From IMG/VR virus record IMGVR_UViG_3300017910_000855, positions 1 to 54,565 of that record: a stretch of DNA of 54,565 nt, one strand, 5' to 3'. The notes beneath the pieces are model-generated. The model had not been told where the DNA came from. It ran no database searches and was given only the letters and a program-made list of their open reading frames with translations. Below, piece by piece: positions 29,826 to 40,364 of this stretch (position 1 is its first letter; every line of letters begins with the position of its first letter). Both the position numbers and the translations under genes were made by a program. The DNA comes from a virus. Its lineage: Duplodnaviria > Caudoviricetes.

Positions 29826-32800
29826 ATGAACGAGGAATACTTACAGGAACTCTACAACTATTTAGGTCAGAATGACGAGAGTTTTTCTGCAGAAGTTGAT
29901 TTTGCTACATTCACTTCGGATATGCAAGACCAACAATATGCTGCTCAAATATATAATTATTTAGGTGGTCTCGATGACACATTTAAAATGGAAGTAAATG
30001 TGAATCAGTTCTTTGAAGATATAGGAGCAGTAAAAAAAAAAGACGAACCAAAACAAAGTGGGGATTTACCTTCGGAAGATGGTTCATCGGAATCAGTCGA
30101 GATTGAAGAGGTTGATTTCAACACCCTCAAAACTCCAAATCCAAATGAAGTTATAGGAAGAGACACAAGAGCTGCAGACTATGTAGACCCTATGACGATG
30201 GTAGGAATGTATCCTGACCAAAACACTCTTGATTTAGCTCGTGCACAACAAGCTGCAGATTTTAAATTTACTGCTCAACTTGTTCAACAAGATGAGCCTG
30301 AACTCACAGAGATACAAGCTCAAGAGGAAGCAGAAAGAGCAGTTAACATTGAAACTGAAACTACAGGTCGTGAAGAAGTAATTCAAACTCAAGAGTTTAA
30401 CGATGCTCTTAGCAAAACTAATGTTGAAGCTATACAAATGGAAGAGGGAGAAGCAGTTCCTTATTTCAACGATATGTATTCTCAATACGGTTTTGTTTTT
30501 AGACCAATAGGTTTAGGAGATGCAATGGAAGTTACTACTGTGTTAGCAGATGGTAGTGTGGCTAAAGAAGAGATTGACTTAGACCCTTTTACTACCAAAG
30601 GTGCAGAAACAGAATCACAAAAACTCAAAGCGTTTGTACAGAAATACGCTAAAAAACCTGAAGAAGCAAGAGAGGAAGCTGAAAGCAACTTTGCACAAGC
30701 TGCTTTGAAAGCTAAGTATTTACGAAACACTCCAAGAATAAATGCCGATGGAACTGAATCAACTGTAATGTTTCAGTCTGCGGTTATAGATGGGAAGAAT
30801 GTAGTTTACCCAACCTTGTTCCCTATCAATCCAAATTTATCAACTACCAATCCTGAGTATTGGACAGAGTTAGATGGGATGGAAGCCTATGAAGAAGCCG
30901 TAAAACGTGGAGAGGTATTTAATTTTGGAACTGCAGAAGAAGCAGATGAGTTTGCAGCAGGGTCTTGGAAAGACTATAATAGTATTGATGCAGAAGGTAA
31001 TCGTTTCTTTGATGAAAGAGGTTATGATTATTTAGAAGTTCGTAATCAATTTGATGAATATGAAAGAGCACGAGACGTTTCATTTTTTATAGAAGACAGG
31101 TTAAAAGAAGGTAGACAACAATTTGGTTTCGGAGATAAAAAAGAACTTAAAAATCTAACACCTGAAGAGCAAGAAAAGTACGGTTATCTTTATACCGAAA
31201 ACGGTCTTTTACGAGCAGATTTAGAACAAATTCTTGAAAGAGAACAAAAAATAGTTGATGAACTACAAGAGATATATACTGACGATGACCTTCAAGAAGT
31301 AAGAGAAGACTTTGATGTGTTTATTGACAAACAGTTTCAACAACTTAGTCAAGAAGCCTCGCTCAGTAATGCTTCGGCAAAGTATATACAGAATGAATTA
31401 GAAGCAAATTCTTTTGCAGAGTTTGGTGTAGGTATAGAAGAATTATATAACTACATACCTGATGATGTGGAAGGTGCACAAATGAGAGATGCTATTCTTA
31501 CTTCATATCAGGCAAGTAAGGATGTTCAACAATTAGCTGCTGATAAATATGAAGTGGGTCAAACTTTTTTAGATGGAAAGTTTGATGAAGAACTACGTGG
31601 AGAAATAGTAGAGAACTATGCAGGAATGCAGCAACAAATTACTGAAGGTCTTAACAGAGGAAAAGCAGGTAATGAAATACTAAAGATAGCTCTTGGCTTA
31701 GAAGATGTTGACGATGAGGAATCTACTGCACAAATTGCTCAACGTATTGTTGATTTTATGGAGGCATCTAACACAGGTAAAACAAGTAGAGCTATGTCTC
31801 GTTGGCATAGTGCAAGAGGTTTTAGAGAAGCGTGGGATGCGTTTAGTGATAACCCTGCAGAGTTGGCACTTAGTTTTGCAGCCAATAGTATCAGTCAAAT
31901 GCTTCCTTATGGTACTAAAATTATTGGAATATCTACAGGTTCAGGTATTGCTACAGGTGCGGGAATCGGAGCAACCGGTTTTGTCACAGGTCCGGGTGGA
32001 GTATTAACCACAGGTGGAGGTGCAATTGCAGGTGGTGCTTGGGGTTTGAGAACAGGGTTTGCTGCAACGTCACTTGCGTTAGAGTATACTAATGCGGTTA
32101 TGGAGGCAATGACCAACAATGGTTATGATGTCTTAAATTCTAATGACGTAGCTATTGCTTTGAGCGATGAAAATGTTTGGGCAGAAGGAAGAGAACGAGG
32201 ATTAAAAAGAGGTATACCTATCGCTATGGTAGATATGCTTTCATCCGGTCTTGCAGGTCGAGTATTTAAGGTAGGAAAAACTGCAAGTCGAGGAAGACGA
32301 TTAGGTGTGCAAGTTGGAGAGCGTTTAGTTTTTGACCCGATAGCAGAAGCAACAGGGGAATTGGCAGCACAAATAAATGTAGGAGATGAAATAGACTATA
32401 AAGAGATATTTGCAGAAGCCATAGGTGGTATTGGTAACAATGCACCTTTCGCAGCTTTAAATATGGCTCTTGATGTACGAGCACAAAACAACACTAACAT
32501 AGCAAATGACCTTACTACTATAGCCGGTATTAACAGAGAGGTTGGTGGGATATTCAAACCAACTCCAACTCGTGTTTCTAATTGGGCAAACAATATGGAA
32601 CGTCTTGGTCAGATAAGTAAAGAAACAAACCAAAGAATACAACTTAATTTAGGTCTCAGACAAGACGCACTAAACGTATTAGAAACTACTCAAGGCAAGG
32701 TAGATGGAGATGTATTAAACAGAACAATGGAATTGTTGGCTGCCAAGCAAGAGCTTGAGTCTACTCCAAACAGAAAGCAAGTCTTTGCATCCAAGATAAA

Positions 32801-35800
32801 AGAAATTAATACAGAACTTGCAGAGTTAGCGGAAACAAAAAAAGTAAGACCTTCTGTAAGCACGGCTACTAACCAACAAATAGAACAAGGAAATACTTTT
32901 CAGCAAGGATTCCAAACAAACGTAGCAGGTATAGGACTTGTAGAGCAAACTTCAGATACTGATATAAGAGAAACGGCACAATCAAAATATACTATCAATG
33001 GTAAATCGTTAACACGTAGAAAGTTTTTGAACAGAATTAACGATATGTCTCCCAAGCAGTTAAAGGCAGCCAACATTACCATAGATAATGATGAGCAAGT
33101 AACTGATATATTAACTGAAAAATTTGGAACAGATGCCATTCAAGAGCAAGAAACAGGAAGCGTATCTCCGAATCAACGAACCGGAGATATACAATCGTTG
33201 GAAGAAGCGGTACGGACCGTTCAGCAAGAACAAACCACAGAACCTGAGACCACTCAGGAGGGTACGGTAGTAACAGAAGAACAAACTGTAGAGGAGCAAC
33301 CTGATGTAACTCCACAACCTGCAGTAGTTCCTCAATCACTTGTAAGACCTACACGTGCAGACGTTACTGCATTTGACAACAATACAATAGATGAAGCACG
33401 ACTTGACAGAATCCTTGCAGGGATAGCTGACAAGCAAATCGCAAACAAAAAACTTACAGTATTTCAGCAGAGAGTAGCAGAAAATAATCAAGCACGTATT
33501 GATGAAATAGTGTCTTCAAAGACACTAACAGATGAGGTTGCTGATTTAGAAGCAACTCTACAAACCCCTAAAGGAAAAGTAGATTTTAAATCAGAGTCTA
33601 AGTTTGTGCCTGATACTGATGAGGTTTCGCAAATAACCAAGACCATAAACGAGTCGCAGTCCGGTAATGTCTTTACAGATTTAGAAGAAACTACAGATGA
33701 ATCAGCATCAATAAATGTAGACGAACTAAATCAACGAACGGACAATGACATCCAAAGCATTGAAGATTTATCAATTGTAAAAGGTATACCGGTGGTCTTC
33801 ACTATTTCAGACCAACTAACTACGGGTCCTGTTACAAACGAATTGACAGGTAATACCATTGATAACCTTAGAGGTGGATTAGGATTTACCGGAACTGAAG
33901 GTAATCAAAATGCAGCGTGGGCAAACACTACCGAAGCAGAAGCAGGTACTATAATTGAGAAAGCTACGCAGGTATATGAAGCTAACAAACCAACCTTTGA
34001 AGAGTTTTGGGCAGCTAATCCTGAATACAATGGACACGTTCCTATGCCTGTTGTTAAAATGGGAGAAGGTTCTATTCTTTCAAATGAAGCTACTTTCCGG
34101 GTGTTTAAAGATAATTTAAGTAAAATACCTGAAGCTAACAGAAAGAAAGCCTTAGACGAGCTTGTAAGCAATTTACAAGCACGTATAGATGCACGTCAAG
34201 CAACAATAGATAAAGGTCAAGCATCCGAGTTGACAATAAGAAACTATAAAAAAGAAGTAGCAGGACTACAAGAACTAATCAAATTGATTAATGAAAGCGA
34301 TGCTAAACTACTTGATGATGTGGTATCAACAGAGTTTATACAACAACTGTCTCTTCCTACACGTAGAAGTTTTATAGAGCGTTTGACTTTTGGTCAACCT
34401 AATAGAGCACGTACATCTAAAAAACCAAGTAAGGGTCAAAAGAAAATACCTAATATACTTATTGAAGGTATGGACACTGACGCAGTTAATCTTGTACACC
34501 TTGCTACAATTACAGACTTAATTACAGAACCTCAGCTCAAAGATGTTCCTCAACGTAGTATCATTGCGTTACAAGCAGTAGATGTTTTGAACCCTGAAGT
34601 AATTAAAAGTGTACACCCTAACTATCCGTTTGGTGTAAAAGGTAAAACAATTGGAGTTCTACAAAATCCACAATCCATTGTATCAGTATATCCTGAAGCA
34701 TATCAAAATGCTATTAGAGGTTTAGTTGCTGAAGAAGGTAAAGGTAAAGTAGTTACAGAAGGTCAAAGAAAGAGAGCTACTATAGAAGAAAGAAAATCAA
34801 TGCCAAAAGCAGGGGAACTTGCACCATCAAGTGTAGGTACTATCCTTACAGAAACTCTTGGTGTTCAAAACGGACTACCAAATACGGAGTTTATTGGAGC
34901 TATATCGCAAGGTAATGTAGACAACGCTACCAAGTTAACTGCTTTTATGAACATAGCTTTCCCTCAAACAAACATTACAACAGATAGAGCTACGTTCGAC
35001 ACAGTAATGGAGCAAGAGAACGTACAAAAATACAAGAAGGGAGACCAAATTATTTATGGTGTTACAGTTGATGGAGATATTTATATTAATCCTGATGTAC
35101 ACAATTCAGAGTCTGCACTGTTCAATACTTCGATTCACGAGATGGGTCACGTATGGACTGATTATCTACAGACTACCAAGAAAGGTAAAGCAATATACGC
35201 TAAGGGTGTCAACCTTGTAAAGCAAACACAAGAATATCAAAGACAGTTAAAGAAGTTTGATGGCAACGAAGCTAAGGCTGCTAATGAAACTATAGCCATC
35301 TTGATTGGAAACAAAGGACAAACAATAGCAGATGCATCTTTGAAGTCTAAGTTCCAACAGTGGTTGCTTGGAATGTGGAACTATATTAAGTCGCAGTTTA
35401 CACAGACTCAAGACTTAACCGCAGAACAAATACAAGACCTAACTCTTGATGAGTTTATTGGGTCCGCACTTGCAGATATATTTGCAGGTAAGCAAATCAA
35501 ATTGACTGACAGTCAATTAAAGAAAATGAAAAACCCTGAAGCTGCATTTAGTAGTGAGATGTCTATCACTGCTATTGTAGAACGAGGTAGAGAGAATGGG
35601 TTTTCTGATGCGTCTATACGAGAAGTATTAAGAGGCAGAGGTTTTGCTGCAGCAGATATTAACGAAGCTATGACTTATCAGGTAGACCTCTTCAACGAGT
35701 TACCTTCAGAGTTCAGAAGAGTTGAGGGTGGTATTCTACGTGCGGCTAAATTATTTAATGATGTCAATGTAGCATTACAAAAGTTCGCTACATCAGGCAG

Positions 35801-38800
35801 ACCTAATGTTATTGGTAGAAGAAGAGTTAAATCTTTTGCAGACATTCGTCAAAAAGCACAGGAGTTAATTCAAGACCATCCTATATATAAAGAACAAAAC
35901 GAACAAGTTCAGATGGAACTTCGTAGTGGTTTAGACAGGTCTCTTGGTTATAGAGGAAATAAAAATGTATCTCAAGAGATAGGAAAAATAAGAGAGGCAC
36001 TAAAGCAAAGAAGAGTAGGAGCAAAAAATTTAAAAGACGCACAGTTGCGTTTAAAGAATTTTATCAGAGCCAACTTACCTAAGTCTAAAAACTACAGTCA
36101 AGCACAGATAAACAGATTAATAAACACTGTAGCCAATACTAACTTAGATAACTTTCAAGCTCAAACCGAAAAGGTTTTGAAGATTGTTGAGCAGCAAAGA
36201 GCTAAGATAAAACGTGATGTTATTGCTGATATAGTTAAAACAGTAAAAGCAAAAGCACGACCAAGAAAACAATCAGGTAAGCCAAGACCGAAGGGTATTG
36301 ATGCGATAGGACAAGTAGTATTTGCTAACATTAAAACTGTAATGGATGCAGTTAGCATAACCAATCCTGAAGCAAGAGCTCAGGCATTACAAGATATTAA
36401 AGATAAGTTAGATGCGAATCGTATTGTAATTGACAACGCTATTCAGAAGCAGATAAACAATGAAGAACTGACTCTGCAGGAGGAAAGTTTGATGCAATTA
36501 CAGTTGGCTTATGACCAATTCTCTGACCTTGATACTGCATCTTTGGAGGTAGCACAAGCACTACTTGAAGATGTAAAGCAGCAAAAAGCTGAATCAATTT
36601 TGCGTTTTAACAACAGAAGACTGCAAAAAGCTGCAAGAGCCGAAGCAGTAGCAGAAGAAGCTACCAATCAAATTAAAGAAACTAATGCAGATTTATTTAA
36701 TGAAGATGGTAGTTTAAAGGATAGTAATGAGCTTAATGAAGATAGAGATGCTATTCAAAAAGACTTCACTGCTCGTGGTATTGTAAAGAAAGTGTTCTTA
36801 AAAATAAGAGACAATATATTTGGTAGAGCACAAAGCAAGATTACTAACTTTAAAAATCTACTTACGCATTTAGGTACGGTCACAAACTTTTTAGATAGAA
36901 AAAACAAAGGACTAAATATATTCCGTGACAAAGTATATCGTAAACTAAATAGAATGGAAGAGGTCGCACTTCAGAATATGAGAGTGATGCGACAAAAGGT
37001 AGATGAGATTGCAAGTGAAGCCGGGATTGAAGGTGGTTTCATAGGGGTAGAGAGTTTAGTAAACAGAGCTTTAGGTACAAGTAAAACAGGTGTGCCTAAT
37101 ACTAAAACATTAAATTTAGTTACAACTAAAACAGGTAGAAAATACAAGTCTGAGTTCAACGCAAATCAATTGCTTAGAATATATGCATTAAGTAAGAACC
37201 CTGTTCAACGTGCAAAATTAGAAGCACAAGGAATCACAGATGCGGTGTTAGCTGATATTGCTACAGACTTGGGTCCTGAACTTACTTCGTTTGCAGACAA
37301 GATGGTTGACTATCTAAGTACAGATTACTTCAATCAAACCAATTCAGTTTACAAACAAGTGAACGGAGTTAACTTAGGATTTGTAGAGAACTATTTCCCA
37401 ACTAAAACTATTGCAGCTAAAGTAGATGCTAAGATGTTGGAAGACGGAGACTTCAATGGTATCTTCTCTGCCGAAACTGCACCTGCATTTAAAGACAGGG
37501 TAGACTACGGTAGTGATGTTAATTTAAAAGAAGGAACATTTACAAATGTATTGATGAACCATATGGAAACTATGGAGCGATACAAAGCGATGGCTGCAGG
37601 TGTTCAAGAGCTGAACTCCTTCTTTAATATACCTGCAGTTAATACATTGCTTGATGTATCAGGAACTAAGACATTAGTAAAAACATTAGTTAATGCAACA
37701 GTTAATCCTCAATCGGCTGCCAAAGCAGACGGTGTGAGCAGTGGTGTATTAGAATGGTTTCAGAGAAAGTTTACTTCTTTTGCATTAGCATTCAAAGTAA
37801 TTCAAATTGCAAAACAGGCAACATCTTTTGTCAATGCATTTGAGCAATATAGTTACTTACCTAAAGACAGTAAAGTTCCAAAAGTATTACAAGGACCGCT
37901 TGACCTTATGATGTTTACTGTAGACGGTGCAGGTGTCTTGTTTGATATGGCAAAAGACCTTGTAGGTTTGGATGGAGCAATATCAAAAGCTCGTAAGATG
38001 TCAGCTCAGTTTGACCAACGTGTACGTGAAGGTTTAGAGGGAGATGTGTATGGACTTGAAACCGGTAGCCAAACATTTAAACAAGCCGGTAAAGGAACAG
38101 GTTTGTACAGAAGATTTGTGGATGGATTTAAAAGACTCTCTTCACGACCAACTATCATCGGAGATATAATGGGAGTGATGGGTTATTATATAAACTACAA
38201 ACGTAATATCGCTAATGGTATGAGTGAGGCACAGGCATTGGAGGAGTTCAATGATTACAATGCCACTCAGCAAACAAGAAGAGCAACAGAAAAAATTCCG
38301 TTACAATTGAAAGGAGACTTTGCTTCTAAAGGATTTACAATGTTTGGTAGTACATTATTCTTGCAAATAAACAAAGTAATGTCAAGTGCAACCAACATAA
38401 TGAGAGCGTTGGGTAGCGGAAAAGTTCCAAGCAAACAAGATATACGAGGATTCTATTTAAACTTTGCAGTTGCCAACATATTGTTTACAGGTATGTCAAA
38501 CATTGCACTTCTTACACGTGGAGATAGTGAAGACAGAGATGCGTTCTATCGTAAATTAAAAGATGCGATGATGGGATTGAACTTAATGTATCAGATTCCT
38601 TATTTGGGTGCAGCAATTGAGAAAGGTATAAACACATATAGAGGAGATAGAAAACCTGTTAGTGATGTTACTAATCCATTTGCATCTATTCAAAGTAAGA
38701 TACAGAAAAACTTTAGAGATAATCCTGACTCAGCATTTAAGAATACCATATTGCCTTTAATTGAAATCGCTATGGGTGCACAAGTGGACCCATTCATTGG

Positions 38801-39116
38801 GATGTTCAATGCAAGTAAAGATATACTAAAAGGAGATATGAGTTCAGAAGAGTATTACAATAATGTATACGACTTCTTAGGTATCACTCCATCATATAGA
38901 CCGGGATATGGACAGAAAGGTTCTTCAGTCAAAGGTATCATTCCACAAGGAGGTATTAAAACAAAGACAGACCTGAAGCGTTACGACCCTGAGTTGTATG
39001 AACAGGTGTATGGAGAGAGAGATAGAATTAAAAAGGAACAAAAAGAATTAAGAAAACAAGCACTTCAAGACTTGGGTTACAAAGAAGTAGGAGGTAAACT
39101 TTATCCTATTGAGTAG
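29826..39116 (+). CDS. Giant internal virion/polyvalent protein with zincin-like HExxH motif
   Basis: 3096 aa, no Cys seen; Gly-rich hydrophobic segment GIATGAGIGATG...GGAWG; SIHEMGHVW at 35136-35150. Confidence 0.75.
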   Translation: MNEEYLQELYNYLGQNDESFSAEVDFATFTSDMQDQQYAAQIYNYLGGLDDTFKMEVNVNQFFEDIGAVKKKDEPKQSGDLPSEDGSSESVEIEEVDFNTLKTPNPNEVIGRDTRAADYVDPMTMVGMYPDQNTLDLARAQQAADFKFTAQLVQQDEPELTEIQAQEEAERAVNIETETTGREEVIQTQEFNDALSKTNVEAIQMEEGEAVPYFNDMYSQYGFVFRPIGLGDAMEVTTVLADGSVAKEEIDLDPFTTKGAETESQKLKAFVQKYAKKPEEAREEAESNFAQAALKAKYLRNTPRINADGTESTVMFQSAVIDGKNVVYPTLFPINPNLSTTNPEYWTELDGMEAYEEAVKRGEVFNFGTAEEADEFAAGSWKDYNSIDAEGNRFFDERGYDYLEVRNQFDEYERARDVSFFIEDRLKEGRQQFGFGDKKELKNLTPEEQEKYGYLYTENGLLRADLEQILEREQKIVDELQEIYTDDDLQEVREDFDVFIDKQFQQLSQEASLSNASAKYIQNELEANSFAEFGVGIEELYNYIPDDVEGAQMRDAILTSYQASKDVQQLAADKYEVGQTFLDGKFDEELRGEIVENYAGMQQQITEGLNRGKAGNEILKIALGLEDVDDEESTAQIAQRIVDFMEASNTGKTSRAMSRWHSARGFREAWDAFSDNPAELALSFAANSISQMLPYGTKIIGISTGSGIATGAGIGATGFVTGPGGVLTTGGGAIAGGAWGLRTGFAATSLALEYTNAVMEAMTNNGYDVLNSNDVAIALSDENVWAEGRERGLKRGIPIAMVDMLSSGLAGRVFKVGKTASRGRRLGVQVGERLVFDPIAEATGELAAQINVGDEIDYKEIFAEAIGGIGNNAPFAALNMALDVRAQNNTNIANDLTTIAGINREVGGIFKPTPTRVSNWANNMERLGQISKETNQRIQLNLGLRQDALNVLETTQGKVDGDVLNRTMELLAAKQELESTPNRKQVFASKIKEINTELAELAETKKVRPSVSTATNQQIEQGNTFQQGFQTNVAGIGLVEQTSDTDIRETAQSKYTINGKSLTRRKFLNRINDMSPKQLKAANITIDNDEQVTDILTEKFGTDAIQEQETGSVSPNQRTGDIQSLEEAVRTVQQEQTTEPETTQEGTVVTEEQTVEEQPDVTPQPAVVPQSLVRPTRADVTAFDNNTIDEARLDRILAGIADKQIANKKLTVFQQRVAENNQARIDEIVSSKTLTDEVADLEATLQTPKGKVDFKSESKFVPDTDEVSQITKTINESQSGNVFTDLEETTDESASINVDELNQRTDNDIQSIEDLSIVKGIPVVFTISDQLTTGPVTNELTGNTIDNLRGGLGFTGTEGNQNAAWANTTEAEAGTIIEKATQVYEANKPTFEEFWAANPEYNGHVPMPVVKMGEGSILSNEATFRVFKDNLSKIPEANRKKALDELVSNLQARIDARQATIDKGQASELTIRNYKKEVAGLQELIKLINESDAKLLDDVVSTEFIQQLSLPTRRSFIERLTFGQPNRARTSKKPSKGQKKIPNILIEGMDTDAVNLVHLATITDLITEPQLKDVPQRSIIALQAVDVLNPEVIKSVHPNYPFGVKGKTIGVLQNPQSIVSVYPEAYQNAIRGLVAEEGKGKVVTEGQRKRATIEERKSMPKAGELAPSSVGTILTETLGVQNGLPNTEFIGAISQGNVDNATKLTAFMNIAFPQTNITTDRATFDTVMEQENVQKYKKGDQIIYGVTVDGDIYINPDVHNSESALFNTSIHEMGHVWTDYLQTTKKGKAIYAKGVNLVKQTQEYQRQLKKFDGNEAKAANETIAILIGNKGQTIADASLKSKFQQWLLGMWNYIKSQFTQTQDLTAEQIQDLTLDEFIGSALADIFAGKQIKLTDSQLKKMKNPEAAFSSEMSITAIVERGRENGFSDASIREVLRGRGFAAADINEAMTYQVDLFNELPSEFRRVEGGILRAAKLFNDVNVALQKFATSGRPNVIGRRRVKSFADIRQKAQELIQDHPIYKEQNEQVQMELRSGLDRSLGYRGNKNVSQEIGKIREALKQRRVGAKNLKDAQLRLKNFIRANLPKSKNYSQAQINRLINTVANTNLDNFQAQTEKVLKIVEQQRAKIKRDVIADIVKTVKAKARPRKQSGKPRPKGIDAIGQVVFANIKTVMDAVSITNPEARAQALQDIKDKLDANRIVIDNAIQKQINNEELTLQEESLMQLQLAYDQFSDLDTASLEVAQALLEDVKQQKAESILRFNNRRLQKAARAEAVAEEATNQIKETNADLFNEDGSLKDSNELNEDRDAIQKDFTARGIVKKVFLKIRDNIFGRAQSKITNFKNLLTHLGTVTNFLDRKNKGLNIFRDKVYRKLNRMEEVALQNMRVMRQKVDEIASEAGIEGGFIGVESLVNRALGTSKTGVPNTKTLNLVTTKTGRKYKSEFNANQLLRIYALSKNPVQRAKLEAQGITDAVLADIATDLGPELTSFADKMVDYLSTDYFNQTNSVYKQVNGVNLGFVENYFPTKTIAAKVDAKMLEDGDFNGIFSAETAPAFKDRVDYGSDVNLKEGTFTNVLMNHMETMERYKAMAAGVQELNSFFNIPAVNTLLDVSGTKTLVKTLVNATVNPQSAAKADGVSSGVLEWFQRKFTSFALAFKVIQIAKQATSFVNAFEQYSYLPKDSKVPKVLQGPLDLMMFTVDGAGVLFDMAKDLVGLDGAISKARKMSAQFDQRVREGLEGDVYGLETGSQTFKQAGKGTGLYRRFVDGFKRLSSRPTIIGDIMGVMGYYINYKRNIANGMSEAQALEEFNDYNATQQTRRATEKIPLQLKGDFASKGFTMFGSTLFLQINKVMSSATNIMRALGSGKVPSKQDIRGFYLNFAVANILFTGMSNIALLTRGDSEDRDAFYRKLKDAMMGLNLMYQIPYLGAAIEKGINTYRGDRKPVSDVTNPFASIQSKIQKNFRDNPDSAFKNTILPLIEIAMGAQVDPFIGMFNASKDILKGDMSSEEYYNNVYDFLGITPSYRPGYGQKGSSVKGIIPQGGIKTKTDLKRYDPELYEQVYGERDRIKKEQKELRKQALQDLGYKEVGGKLYPIE
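33510..33525 (+). repeat. 16-bp palindrome copy 4 (in giant gene, read as VSSKT)
   Basis: TAGTGTCTTCAAAGACACTA. Confidence 0.97.
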
Positions 39117-39131
39117 TGTCTTCAAAGACAC
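39116..39131 (+). repeat. 16-bp palindrome copy 5 (convergence point of the two arms)
   Basis: TAG-TGTCTTCAAAGACA-CTA, 39114-39133; both ends are the stop codons of the convergent genes. Confidence 0.97.
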
Positions 39132-39544
39132 TAATAATACTTTATGTATCTAAACTCTTTTTGTTTATCATAATACACCATTAGTTCTGTATCATTGACC
39201 GCACCCTCACGAGGTTTTCTTCCACCCCATTTAACTACTCCTTCTAAGTGCGTAGGTTTGCCGTAGATAATTCCATCATCACACGCCCATATCATTACAG
39301 GGTTTAGTCTTTTATCACAGAGCTTCACAACTTTACGAGCTGCTACCGGAAGAGGGTAAGCGTTAGATATTGTTCGGTATCTACCTTTTACTTCTGCATA
39401 AGCTATTAGCTTTCCTTTTTCATCAAAGACCCTGTAGTCTACATCGTTCGGGTCGAGCTTCTTATATGAACCATTGAAACGATTTACAAATTTTTCTATA
39501 GCTTTCTTTTCTCTTTCTAAATCTTGATTGGATTCAAATCTCAT
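39131..39544 (-). CDS. PD-(D/E)xK nuclease-like protein
   Basis: DVDY...YAEVKGR motif; start MRFESNQD at 39544 overlaps the upstream stop. Confidence 0.65.
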   Translation of the reverse strand: MRFESNQDLEREKKAIEKFVNRFNGSYKKLDPNDVDYRVFDEKGKLIAYAEVKGRYRTISNAYPLPVAARKVVKLCDKRLNPVMIWACDDGIIYGKPTHLEGVVKWGGRKPREGAVNDTELMVYYDKQKEFRYIKYY

Positions 39545-39930
39545 TTGTTGTGTATTTCCATATGACATCGTGCACACAACACTACACACTTGTCTATTTC
39601 TTTTTTGATGCTCTCTATTGCCATACCTTTTGCCGGTGCTTCTCCTATGGCAAACTCTTTATTGTCTTGTGGATGATGAAACTCTAACGCTCGTGCCGTG
39701 AAATCAGCGTGAGTTTCTTTTGAGTATCCACATTTTGCACAGGCAGAGTTTCTTTTATATTGTTTCAACCAAGCACGAATGTTTTGTCTTCGTTGAGTTT
39801 TAACTCCCTGCACACACTTCTTACATTTAGCACGTGGTATATTCACACCTGCTTTTGTGTACCTACCTGTTAAGTAGTAGTCACTTATTGGTTTGTTTTC
39901 TCCGCAACAGGTACATTTCTTATAGGTCAT
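39541..39930 (-). CDS. HNH endonuclease with Zn-binding motifs
   Basis: CTCC, CKKC, CAKCG, LEFHH...KCVVLCARCHMEIH. Confidence 0.8.
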   Translation of the reverse strand: MTYKKCTCCGENKPISDYYLTGRYTKAGVNIPRAKCKKCVQGVKTQRRQNIRAWLKQYKRNSACAKCGYSKETHADFTARALEFHHPQDNKEFAIGEAPAKGMAIESIKKEIDKCVVLCARCHMEIHNK

Positions 39931-40114
39931 CCTCCATTGAATCGTGAAGATATTTTAATTCATTCATCAATGAAAGAGTCACAGTCTTTGCTTCATCTAT
40001 TTCCCTATCAGCAAGAGCTTCGTATAAATCTGTGAGTCGCTCGTGTAATCCATCCATTAGATAGTTGATGTGTTTTATTCTTTCATTATCTATGGATGAA
40101 ACACCTCTACTCAT
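39920..40114 (-). CDS. Hypothetical protein
   Basis: 64 aa ORF overlapping both neighbours in the operon. Confidence 0.65.
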   Translation of the reverse strand: MSRGVSSIDNERIKHINYLMDGLHERLTDLYEALADREIDEAKTVTLSLMNELKYLHDSMEDDL

Positions 40115-40364
40115 TGCTCTTTACATCTCTTTCGTCATCCATTGCACCGAGAAACTGTTTCCCCATACTTGGATTTATTTTCTTAATAAGGTTATAGATT
40201 CGTCTTGAGTTTTTTCTGACCGTTTCCTTTTCGGATTTATTAGAGTCAATACCAAGATTGGTATACATAGCACAGTCAATGCGTAAAAGCTCGTCAATTT
40301 TTTGACGGTCTTTCCAAGACTTGAACTCGTAGACTTTCTCTATGTCGTCAATCTTATACACCAT
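40107..40364 (-). CDS. Hypothetical protein
   Basis: 85 aa; KIDELLRIDCAMYTNLGIDS; operon packing. Confidence 0.7.
   Translation of the reverse strand: MVYKIDDIEKVYEFKSWKDRQKIDELLRIDCAMYTNLGIDSNKSEKETVRKNSRRIYNLIKKINPSMGKQFLGAMDDERDVKSNE

Noticed and set aside
31305-31325. EDFDVFID in the giant protein as a virion RNA polymerase catalytic motif
   Set aside because: It does not match DxDxD and lies in a helical acidic region
885-37159. Numerous 60-120 aa antisense ORFs within the structural arm, and + strand ORFs within the minus arm
   Set aside because: Shadow ORFs opposite long, well-supported genes, without leaders or motifs
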